From: an uncultured Methanosarcinales archaeon
GTDB lineage: Archaea > Nanobdellota > Nanobdellia > Woesearchaeales > GW2011-AR15
NCBI GenBank assembly: GCA_964537195.1
Contig: CAZHYZ010000002.1
Coordinates: 66,416-130,415 of the forward strand
DNA: 64,000 nt
Direction: 5' to 3'
The notes under the pieces are model-generated. The model made no database searches. It saw only the letters and a list, made by a program, of their open reading frames with translations, and was not told the origin of the DNA. Below, piece after piece: positions 54,240 to 62,375 of this stretch (the stretch's first letter is position 1; every line of letters starts with the position of its first letter). The position numbers and the translations under genes are program-made.

Positions 54240-55205
54240 TTATTGTTGAGAGATAAATGAGATTGCTGCAAGCAAAGCTTCAACTTGAATAAATTCGTCA
54301 CTGCCTTCAACAAGCCTAAATTCAATATCTCCACACAATTTTATCATTTCAAGCTTTTTAATATTTTCTATGTCTAAACCCCAAATTTCTGATTGTACTT
54401 GCTTCACAAAGTCTAAACCAGATAAGCCATTCTCCAGCATCGTGTTTAATGCTTTTTTTCTTGCCTTTAAGAAGTCGCCCTTTATTGTAATGTCTAGAAT
54501 CTCCTTTACTTCTTTTGGCAATGCTTGAGAAGCAACAGAATATACTGTTTCTTCTGTTATGTCTTTGGTTATTACAGCACAACTTTGCAAGATGTTTTCT
54601 ACTTTTCTTACATCTCCTTTAGAAAGCTCATATAGTGCTTCCTTTGCATTTTTATTAATCTCAAATTTTTCCTTTTTTGATATTGTCTCAACAATTGAGA
54701 AGATGTCTTCTTTTGGTAGGGGCTTAAATTTGAAAACAACACACCTGCTTTGTACAGGATCAATTATTTTAGAAGAATAATTACAGGAGAGAACAAAACG
54801 ACAAGTTCTTGTATAATTTTCCATTGTTCTTCTCAATGCTTGTTGAGCTTCTTTAGTGAGTGCATCACATTCATCTAGAAAGATTATTTTAAAAGGAACA
54901 TCACCCAGGGCCTTTGTCCTGGCAAAGTTCTTTACTTTTACCCTTACAACATCTATTCCACGCTCATCTGAAGCGTTTAATTCTAGAAAGTTGTTTCTCC
55001 ATTCCTCACCAAACAATTCGCGAGCAATCACCAATGCCAAAGTAGATTTTCCTACACCGGCCGGACCAGCAAACAACAAGTGAGGCATATTCTTTTTTTC
55101 GACAAACGCCTTCACTCTTTTAACAATATTTTCTTGCCCCCTTACTCCAGAAAACGATTTAGGTCTATATTTTTCAGTCCATATCATTGTTTCTATCTCA
55201 GTCAT
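54240..55205 (-). CDS. rfcS: Replication factor C small subunit
   Basis: WTEKYRPKSF, P-loop GPAGVGKST, DEAD-like FLDECDAL, and SRC motif (VQSRCVVFKF). Confidence 0.9.
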   Translation of the reverse strand: MTEIETMIWTEKYRPKSFSGVRGQENIVKRVKAFVEKKNMPHLLFAGPAGVGKSTLALVIARELFGEEWRNNFLELNASDERGIDVVRVKVKNFARTKALGDVPFKIIFLDECDALTKEAQQALRRTMENYTRTCRFVLSCNYSSKIIDPVQSRCVVFKFKPLPKEDIFSIVETISKKEKFEINKNAKEALYELSKGDVRKVENILQSCAVITKDITEETVYSVASQALPKEVKEILDITIKGDFLKARKKALNTMLENGLSGLDFVKQVQSEIWGLDIENIKKLEMIKLCGDIEFRLVEGSDEFIQVEALLAAISFISQQ

Positions 55206-55247
55206 AAAAAAATAGAAAGAAAGTTAATTTAAATATTTATATGAAGG

Positions 55248-55526
55248 CTAAATAATGTCTTCTTCAGCAATCACCATGAAATCTCCCATGGCAATAACAG
55301 CACTAAAAGGTATTAAGATGCGTCCTTGTTTATCTTTTTCAAGTTCTAACTTTTCTGTGTATGCTGTTGGACTATTAACCACCATATGTATTAATTCTCC
55401 TGAGCGAGTTTCGAAGATAATGTCTCCAACTTCGCCAAATTTCTTACCTGTTTTACTTACTATTGTTTTTCCAAGTAGTTGTTTTGAGAATTTCTTATTG
55501 TCATCATCCAAATTTTCATTAGCCAT
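55248..55526 (-). CDS. PRC-barrel domain protein
   Basis: LLGKTIVSKTGKKFGEVGDIIFETRSGELIHMVV matches the PRC-barrel pattern. 92 aa. Confidence 0.5.
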   Translation of the reverse strand: MANENLDDDNKKFSKQLLGKTIVSKTGKKFGEVGDIIFETRSGELIHMVVNSPTAYTEKLELEKDKQGRILIPFSAVIAMGDFMVIAEEDII

Positions 55527-55613
55527 AATGATCTACCCCGTCTTTTTGATTGTTTAATTAATATTTAAAGCTATCGATAGCAAATGCAGAGTGTTTTATC
55601 TTAATAAAGATTT

Positions 55614-56375
55614 CTATTCATAATAAGGTCCAAACTTTCTATCAATCTTATCGTAATGGTAAAACATTGCAAAACCACCCATTATTAGTCCAGCACCCAG
55701 AGTAATTAATGGGTGGAGGAAAAAAATCATGGCCGATGTTGCAGCAACAAAACCAAGTGTAAATGTCCAGAAATATATATGTGGGTAAAATAAATATAAA
55801 CCAAGATTTCCTGGTAAAGGCAGTAAAGAATAGATTGCAAATAAGATATTTATCATCATTAGCTGACTTACAAGGGGGTTACTCTTAAAAGGAGAGAGCA
55901 TGGCAGCTAGCAAGATGTTCATAAAGGGTCCAAAGAATCCTGCCTTTGCCCACTCCCAATCATTAGTATAATATCTGAATTCTCCGAGTCTCGATGCTGC
56001 AAGATGTCTTAGTTTTAGTCCACCAGGCAGGAAAAAAATCAAATATCCTCTTGAAGCAAATACAATTACTAATGAAATCATCAAACCGATCATACCATAT
56101 TCGTAGATAGGGTCATATCCATAGTGAACAGCAACAGTTCTTTGACCTATCTGGTTAAATATTAGTCCTATGGTGGCAAACAAGAAACCCAATGCAAGAT
56201 TCTTTACACCCATAAGAAAATTAAATGTCACATCTCCCCATTTGTTGAAAGACCACACAAAAGCAATAATTCCTGCAGTTATGAGAATTTGTTTTACTTC
56301 GTCTTTTGATAGACTAAATCCGTATCTCTTAAGATTATAAAAAAAGGTTCTATATTCTGTAGCATAGGATGCCAT
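55614..56375 (-). CDS. Polytopic membrane protein, possibly a degenerate site-2-protease (M50)-like protein lacking HExxH
   Basis: About six or seven TM helices. LLPLPGNLGLYLF resembles the S2P NxxPxxxLDGG motif but lacks the Asp. No HExxH is present. Confidence 0.3.
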   Translation of the reverse strand: MASYATEYRTFFYNLKRYGFSLSKDEVKQILITAGIIAFVWSFNKWGDVTFNFLMGVKNLALGFLFATIGLIFNQIGQRTVAVHYGYDPIYEYGMIGLMISLVIVFASRGYLIFFLPGGLKLRHLAASRLGEFRYYTNDWEWAKAGFFGPFMNILLAAMLSPFKSNPLVSQLMMINILFAIYSLLPLPGNLGLYLFYPHIYFWTFTLGFVAATSAMIFFLHPLITLGAGLIMGGFAMFYHYDKIDRKFGPYYE

Positions 56376-56400
56376 AACATAATTTTGTCTGAGAAAGTAT

Positions 56401-57081
56401 TTAAAAGTTTCCTTCCATCATAGTTAAGTATTTTAAGATTCCTTTTCTGTGTCCTGCACCAACAACAGCAAGAATGTTTTCATCTTGATGTTTTCTTCTT
56501 ATGTGAGAAAGATTTCTTGCCATGTATCTGTCTCTCTCGTCAACCAATATTTTATACAAGCCAGGATACCTTTCTTTGGTGTCTTCCAATACTTTCTCAA
56601 TTAATTTGTCTCCCGGAACTTTAGATAAATCAAATTTAACCTTTTCTTTTTTATCGAAAGGACTCTTTAGGATGTCAAAAAGTATTTTTAGGATTTCCCT
56701 TTTTTTCCAATTTTTAGATAGTCTTTTTATGGTGTAATTTATGTCTCTATCAATTAAAAAGATTTTACAATTAATCTTTTCTGCAGCATTAAGTGCTGTA
56801 ATCATATCTGATCCAGGTTCAAGCTTTACTATGTTTCCAAGTTTTTTTTGCAAATATTCTCCAACCAAGAAAAAAAGAAAACCAACCAACCCTACAGAAG
56901 CCAAAAGTTCAAAGTTTTTTGGTCTATTCTTTTTATTTTTTAGTGCATAGGCTCTACCAGGATCCAATTCTATACAGACAATATCTGGCTTTTCTACTAT
57001 GATTTTCTCTTTAACTAGTTTGACACTATCTTTTGCTATGTGTGAAGTACCAACAAGCTCTATGTTGCGAAATTTGTCCAT
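56401..57081 (-). CDS. TraB/PrgY/GumN-family protein
   Basis: GTSHIAKDS N-terminal motif and VVGAGHRKGI C-terminal motif of the TraB family. Confidence 0.65.
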   Translation of the reverse strand: MDKFRNIELVGTSHIAKDSVKLVKEKIIVEKPDIVCIELDPGRAYALKNKKNRPKNFELLASVGLVGFLFFLVGEYLQKKLGNIVKLEPGSDMITALNAAEKINCKIFLIDRDINYTIKRLSKNWKKREILKILFDILKSPFDKKEKVKFDLSKVPGDKLIEKVLEDTKERYPGLYKILVDERDRYMARNLSHIRRKHQDENILAVVGAGHRKGILKYLTMMEGNF

Positions 57082-57112
57082 TGTTTTCTAGAAAAAAGAA
57101 TTCATTATAAAA

Positions 57113-59077
57113 CTATTTCTTATCTTTTGAATGCTTCTTTAGTTCCTCAACGAGAACTTTCAAAACATCATCTTGGGTCATAAGATTCTCAATCTTCTTA
57201 GCTAGATAATTATTATTGAAAACCAAGGATAACCAGTCATGTATAGCATTTCTTTGGTGAAGTGCTCTGAATCTATCTTCATTAAGATTTTGTATAGAGA
57301 TGATGAATTCTGGCAATGTCTTTGCTTTTCTCTCACCGAAATCAAACTGATTTCTTAGCCAGTCTTGTTTAATCTTTACTCTTCCAGGTTTCTTTAATGC
57401 AAACTGTATTCTCTCCGATTTTTTGATTATAAAGATAAGTCCAACCATAATTGTCGAGAGCATCAACATATAACCAAGTGCTAATTTGACGGTGGCAAAA
57501 TCTGTCCCAAACAAAAGCGATTGTTTGAACATTTCGCTTCCTAAAACAACAGGATTAAATTTGGCCTTATCTATTAAATATTCAGGCATACTTTCTAATG
57601 GGAAGATAATTCCAGAAGTAAGTAAGAATAAAGTTCCTAAGCTTACTGCAGCCAGCATGGCCATTTCTTCGGTATTTAAAATGTATCCTATTAACATTCC
57701 TAGAAGAATAAAGAAGGAGATGATCATAAAAAGTGAAAGAGTCATAATGAAAAAAGACTGAGACAGGTTTAAATTAAAATAGAATCTAGATACCAGTAAT
57801 ATTACTACTAATTGTACAAAGATGAGCAACATGCTTGTCAAAAAATTTGCAAGAACAAACAACCTTTCTTTTGTTGGGGTTGTGAATGTTCTAAAATATG
57901 CTCTGGAGTTTTTTTCCATAATAATTAGTGTGGCCGGAAGCAGCAACCCAATGAACATTATTAATATAACCACAAGACTTGGAAATAAGAACCCCAAGTT
58001 ATTCTCATTTTCAACAATGGGGTTTATCTCTGTTTTTATAGGGGAAACAATGCTTTCTGTGTTAGTGATTTGGATTGCATTTATGTTTGAAACCATATTT
58101 TTTATTTTATTATTTAATGATTCAGCATCTTCTTTAAGTCTTGTGGATTTGGTCTTTATGTTGTTTAGCTTAGTAATGACCTCTGAGTTTACATTTTCTG
58201 CAGTTTCTAGCTTCTCAGACATATCATCAAAAGAATCATAAATGTCTTCAATTGCTTTATTTAGTTCTCCTAGTGTTGCATTATGACTTTCATTTATTTC
58301 TGCTTTAATATCATTTAATGTTTCGACAAGGTTTTCTAAGTCTTTGCTTTGATTATTATTTAAAGAACCATGATCTTCAATATCCTCTGCTAAATCAAAC
58401 CCATCTTCAATTAAATCAGTTGTTTCTTCCACAAGATTATCCATCTCATCATTAACTTCACTAATAGTTAAACCCAAATTCACGTTGCCCGAGGAGCTCA
58501 AATCAAGATCATCTAAACTTTCAGAGGAGGATTCACTGTCCTGAAGAATGGCGTCATTGTTGTTCTTTATCTCTTCTATAAGCGATTCAGAACTTTCCAA
58601 ATCGGTCTTAACATCAAATAATGTAGTAACAAGTTGGTCTGTCAAATCCTCACTTATCTGTGTTGTACGTTCACCAAAAGAACTTGTCAAGGTAGACATA
58701 ACAAGATAAACCAGATTTATTTTAGATTGGTCGACATGGAATTTTATTATGTTGGTCTTATCATTGTCTATAGACAAATCTGGAGGAAATACAACACAGG
58801 CATGGCTTTGTCCGGTTTTCACACTTTGCACACAGAGGTTTTCTGTTTGATATTTAGTAACACCATAGTTCTCTTGTTCTAAAGTATCAATAAAAGACTC
58901 GCTCATTTCAGAATACTTCTCTGAAAACACACCAATATTGAGATGAAAAGAACTCGTACTGAAAGATATCCCTACCAGTAAAATAACTAATAAAGGACCA
59001 AGTATTAGGACCAAGGTAGAAATTCTAGATCTCAAAAGTAACTTAATGTTCTTATTAATTATCTTTCCGGTTTTCAT
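57113..59077 (-). CDS. ABC-2-type exporter permease with a large extracytoplasmic coiled-coil domain (YhgE/Pip-like)
   Basis: N-terminal TM, a ~330-aa Asp/Glu/Asn-rich alpha-helical ectodomain, five C-terminal TM helices (ABC2_membrane), and a ~90-aa cytoplasmic tail. Confidence 0.65.
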   Translation of the reverse strand: MKTGKIINKNIKLLLRSRISTLVLILGPLLVILLVGISFSTSSFHLNIGVFSEKYSEMSESFIDTLEQENYGVTKYQTENLCVQSVKTGQSHACVVFPPDLSIDNDKTNIIKFHVDQSKINLVYLVMSTLTSSFGERTTQISEDLTDQLVTTLFDVKTDLESSESLIEEIKNNNDAILQDSESSSESLDDLDLSSSGNVNLGLTISEVNDEMDNLVEETTDLIEDGFDLAEDIEDHGSLNNNQSKDLENLVETLNDIKAEINESHNATLGELNKAIEDIYDSFDDMSEKLETAENVNSEVITKLNNIKTKSTRLKEDAESLNNKIKNMVSNINAIQITNTESIVSPIKTEINPIVENENNLGFLFPSLVVILIMFIGLLLPATLIIMEKNSRAYFRTFTTPTKERLFVLANFLTSMLLIFVQLVVILLVSRFYFNLNLSQSFFIMTLSLFMIISFFILLGMLIGYILNTEEMAMLAAVSLGTLFLLTSGIIFPLESMPEYLIDKAKFNPVVLGSEMFKQSLLFGTDFATVKLALGYMLMLSTIMVGLIFIIKKSERIQFALKKPGRVKIKQDWLRNQFDFGERKAKTLPEFIISIQNLNEDRFRALHQRNAIHDWLSLVFNNNYLAKKIENLMTQDDVLKVLVEELKKHSKDKK

Positions 59078-60051
59078 TTTTTATTCTTGATCTGTGTGAC
59101 CTTTGTAAAGACGTCACCCAGACTTAATTTCATTATGCTAACATCCATTAAAGTTTCATCTAATTTGGGTAAACTGTCTAAGAGTTTTCTAAGTACTTTT
59201 TCAGGTTTTTTTGTATGTAAAACAAGTTCATTCCCTCGATTTTCAGCTTCCGTGACAAGAGGGTCGTCTATTTTTTTCATTATCTTTTCATAATTACCAG
59301 GATATGTTTCTAGATGAATTTCCTGGCCTTTGGATAGCGTACTTGTTAGTTCTTGTAGTGTACCTATATGTTTTATTTTTCCACCAGCCAAAATTCCAAT
59401 CCTTGTACATAGGGTTTCAATTTCAGTAAGGTGGTGACTAGACACAATTATCGTAGTCCCCCTTTTGTTTATTCTCTGAATTAGTCTCCAGATATGTTTT
59501 GCAAGCATAGGATCTAAATCAGAGGTTGGTTCGTCTAATATTAGGATGGAAGGATCATGTATCAGTGCACAGGCTATATCTAATCTTCTCCGCATTCCGC
59601 CAGAAAGATTTTTTGCCTGAATATCCCGGGCATTATTTAACTCCACTAAGGACAAAAGAGTATTGATGTTGGTTAGTCTGGCTTCTTTTGTCAGGTTATA
59701 TAAAGCACCAAAATAGTCTAGATTTTCAAAAACAGTCAATTTAGAATAAAAACTTGCCATCTGTGCAGCAAAACCAAATTTCTTTTTTACTTCATTCAGA
59801 TTTTCTAAAACTGGCCTAAATTGGGAATTTTTTGTACCCTCAACAATATTGGTGTCTTGAAAATAAACTTCTCCACTATCCGGAGGCAGAAAACCCACCA
59901 TCATGTTTAATAAAGTGGTCTTTCCACTACCAGAGGCACCAATTATACCAAAGATTTCGCCAGAATAAATATCAAGATTAACCCCTTCAATAACTTTATT
60001 TTCACTAAAAAATTTATTTACGTTCTCTATTTTAAGGATAGGCCGTTTCAT
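59074..60051 (-). CDS. ABC transporter ATP-binding protein
   Basis: Walker A GASGSGKTT, signature LSGGMRRRL, Walker B ILILDEPTSDLD. Translationally coupled to the permease. Confidence 0.9.
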   Translation of the reverse strand: MKRPILKIENVNKFFSENKVIEGVNLDIYSGEIFGIIGASGSGKTTLLNMMVGFLPPDSGEVYFQDTNIVEGTKNSQFRPVLENLNEVKKKFGFAAQMASFYSKLTVFENLDYFGALYNLTKEARLTNINTLLSLVELNNARDIQAKNLSGGMRRRLDIACALIHDPSILILDEPTSDLDPMLAKHIWRLIQRINKRGTTIIVSSHHLTEIETLCTRIGILAGGKIKHIGTLQELTSTLSKGQEIHLETYPGNYEKIMKKIDDPLVTEAENRGNELVLHTKKPEKVLRKLLDSLPKLDETLMDVSIMKLSLGDVFTKVTQIKNKK

Positions 60052-60105
60052 AGTTCCCTCTTTTTATGAGAAGTTTAATGAGACCTAGATTAAAAAACTT
60101 TCTGT

Positions 60106-60699
60106 TTATTTAGACTTAAATTTCTTTAAAATTATCTCTGCCCACACGAAATACAACAACAATGCTACAACACTGCCCAATAAAAACCAAACAGCAAATT
60201 CTTGTGTTTGCATAATTGGTTCAGGGGGCACTGCCATAGAGTCTAGTTCTAGGGCCAACCTACTAGATTCTTGTGCTGCCATGGCAAAGGCTTTTGGTTG
60301 ATTAAACCTTGGTAAAATATATTTAATACCTAAAGATATTCCTGTTGTGATTAAGACAATAGGGAGGAACTGTTTTAATTTTTCTATTAATATCTCTGTT
60401 TTTTTAGGAGCAATAATTACGTATTTATTGGCCAAGGAATAGTGAATTACTTCCTTTCCTTTTTCTGAGTAAGTATAGTTTTTATCATCAACTAATTCGG
60501 ATTCTCTTAACAACTTTAAGTTATAATGTACGGTGGAGAGAGGCATGTCAAGTTCTTCTGAAATCTTTGTTTCTGTTATTTTGTCATTCTTAGAAAGAAA
60601 ATCTAATATTTTTCTAGCAGTATCATTACTTAGGACTTGAGCAAGTTGTTTGGCTTTTTTCTCCTCCAAGCTTACCAATACAAAGGGTTCTTCTGCCAT
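60106..60699 (-). CDS. ArsR-family wHTH regulator fused to C-terminal transmembrane segments
   Basis: ARKILDFLSKNDKITETKISEELDMPLSTVHYNLKLLRESELV wHTH, with two predicted TM helices in the C-terminal 80 aa. Confidence 0.55.
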   Translation of the reverse strand: MAEEPFVLVSLEEKKAKQLAQVLSNDTARKILDFLSKNDKITETKISEELDMPLSTVHYNLKLLRESELVDDKNYTYSEKGKEVIHYSLANKYVIIAPKKTEILIEKLKQFLPIVLITTGISLGIKYILPRFNQPKAFAMAAQESSRLALELDSMAVPPEPIMQTQEFAVWFLLGSVVALLLYFVWAEIILKKFKSK

Positions 60700-60811
60700 A
60701 ATCTTTGGAAGGAATCACATATATTTAAATAATTTGAAAGCTTCAACTTTATTTGAAGTGAAACATATACTCATCAAATTAAGAGAGTTATTTATCCGAT
60801 TTAAGGTGTAT

Positions 60812-61102
60812 ATGAGTAGAACGGGTAGTTATATTAGCTTAGTAAATACAGCAATGATTCTGTTTTTGTTTTTGTCAAATCTTGAAAAATACAATATAGA
60901 TATTAGAATAGGGGATTGGATTATCCCCTTATTCTTTTTTGGATTGGTCGGAATGGTTCTTTTTGGATTTTTAGAGGACAAATTAGGATTTTATTCTCAA
61001 GAAAAAAGAACGACAGAATCACGAAGTCCCCATTGGCAAAGACTATTTCGAAGATTAGACAAGATAGAAAAAAGACTTGACAAGATTGAGAAGAAAAAGT
61101 AA
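60812..61102 (+). CDS. Small membrane protein with a C-terminal KIEK repeat tail
   Basis: The start is taken at MSRTGSYISLV (60812). Two TM helices. ..RRLDKIEKRLDKIEKKK tail. Low support. Confidence 0.25.
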   Translation: MSRTGSYISLVNTAMILFLFLSNLEKYNIDIRIGDWIIPLFFFGLVGMVLFGFLEDKLGFYSQEKRTTESRSPHWQRLFRRLDKIEKRLDKIEKKK

Positions 61103-61133
61103 TTTTAAAAACAACCATAACTTCTTTTTTTTT

Positions 61134-61430
61134 GTAGGGCAGCACTTAACTTTCCCATTAATGGGAGGAAAGTCCACCCACTATTGTGGTCACTTACGGA
61201 AGTAAGCTTGAGAAATCGAGGGCAACCACTCAGAAACGAAACCACCCGGAAAGAGGATGATAAATGCGAAGGTTCTGGTGACAGAACTCAGTTAACCTTT
61301 TGACGTTTTTTCGGGAAAGGATGAAACGGTGAGTCCTGACCTGTGCAACCTGTATAGGGCTTAGTTGAATGTTAAGACAGATGTTTTCCTGAGGGAAGAT
61401 CTGACAGAAGGTGGCTTATAACTGCTCTAC
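61134..61430 (+). ncRNA. rnpB: RNase P RNA (archaeal type)
   Basis: P4 strands GGGAGGAAAGTCCACCC and ACAGAAGGTGGCTTATA. P1 pairing GTAGGGCAGC / GCTGCTCTAC. GNRA-rich internal loops. A GC-rich island followed by a T-run terminator. Confidence 0.8.
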
Positions 61431-61499
61431 ATTTTTCTTTGGTAGGATAAAGTAGCTTAAACATAATATATTAAAATAAAAAAAGGTTTATCTTGTTTG

Positions 61500-61616
61500 A
61501 TGAACTTAGAAAAAGAATTAATATGTCCAAACTGCAAAAGCACAAAGATAATTGAATGTGCAGACAATTATTGTAGCAAGTGTAATAATTGTGGGGTTGT
61601 GTTTGCAGTAATATAA
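61500..61616 (+). CDS. Small Cys-rich zinc-ribbon protein (38 aa)
   Basis: MNLEKELICPNCKSTKIIECADNYCSKCNNCGVVFAVI has CxxC..(12)..CxxCxxC spacing. It is preceded by an AT-rich box and is too short for the ORF track. Confidence 0.3.
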   Translation: MNLEKELICPNCKSTKIIECADNYCSKCNNCGVVFAVI

Positions 61617-61634
61617 AAATTAAAAAAGCTTTTT

Positions 61635-62285
61635 CTAGGGGGATTTATTCCATTTTTTTGCGTCTTCTCTGAATTTTTCAATACCTTTTTCTGTGAGTGG
61701 ATGATCAAATAATTTCATCATCACGGAGGGGGGGATAGTAACAACATCAGACCCCACCAAAGAAGCTTCCAGTACATGTGTTGGATGTCTTACACTTGCT
61801 GTTATAATCTTTGTCTCAAAACCATAATTGTCATAGATGTCTCTTATCTGAGCAACAACGTCTATCCCAAAGTGGCCTATGTCATCAAGTCTTCCTACAA
61901 ATGGACTGACATATGTGGTTCCTGCTTTTGCTGCTATCAATGCTTGGATCGGAGAAAAAACCAAAGTCACGTTTGTTTTGATTTTTTTCTTATTAAGTAT
62001 TCTTACAGCTTCCATTCCTTCTGGTGTCATCAATATCTTAACAACAATATTTTTACCCCACTTTACATACTCTTCAGCTTGTTTTATCATCCCTTCTGTA
62101 TCTTCTTTTGTGACCTCAACACTAATTGGCCCCTTAACAAAAGTACTGATTTCTTTTACAATCTTTTTATAATCACGACCAGCCCTTTTAACTAATGTTG
62201 GGTTGGTTGTTACCCCATCAACAAGACCCATCGTGTGCAATTTTCTTATATCTTCAACTTCAGCAGTATCAACAAAAAATTCCAT
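61635..62285 (-). CDS. tal: Transaldolase / fructose-6-phosphate aldolase (TalC/MipB subfamily)
   Basis: MEFFVDTAEVEDIRK..GVTTNPTL..Schiff-base Lys region VVKI..TLVFS over 216 aa. Confidence 0.9.
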   Translation of the reverse strand: MEFFVDTAEVEDIRKLHTMGLVDGVTTNPTLVKRAGRDYKKIVKEISTFVKGPISVEVTKEDTEGMIKQAEEYVKWGKNIVVKILMTPEGMEAVRILNKKKIKTNVTLVFSPIQALIAAKAGTTYVSPFVGRLDDIGHFGIDVVAQIRDIYDNYGFETKIITASVRHPTHVLEASLVGSDVVTIPPSVMMKLFDHPLTEKGIEKFREDAKKWNKSP

Positions 62286-62375
62286 ATTATCACCAATAAA
62301 AAATAAATCTAGACATTTTAAAAACTTATCTAAATAAATTAAAACAAAAACTTAAATAGTCTTATCGTTTCAAAA

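Noticed and set aside
54239-54334. N-terminal extension of the coiled-coil ORF overlapping the RFC gene end
   Set aside because: It overlaps the 3' end of rfcS in another frame. The internal Met at 54238 gives a non-overlapping gene.
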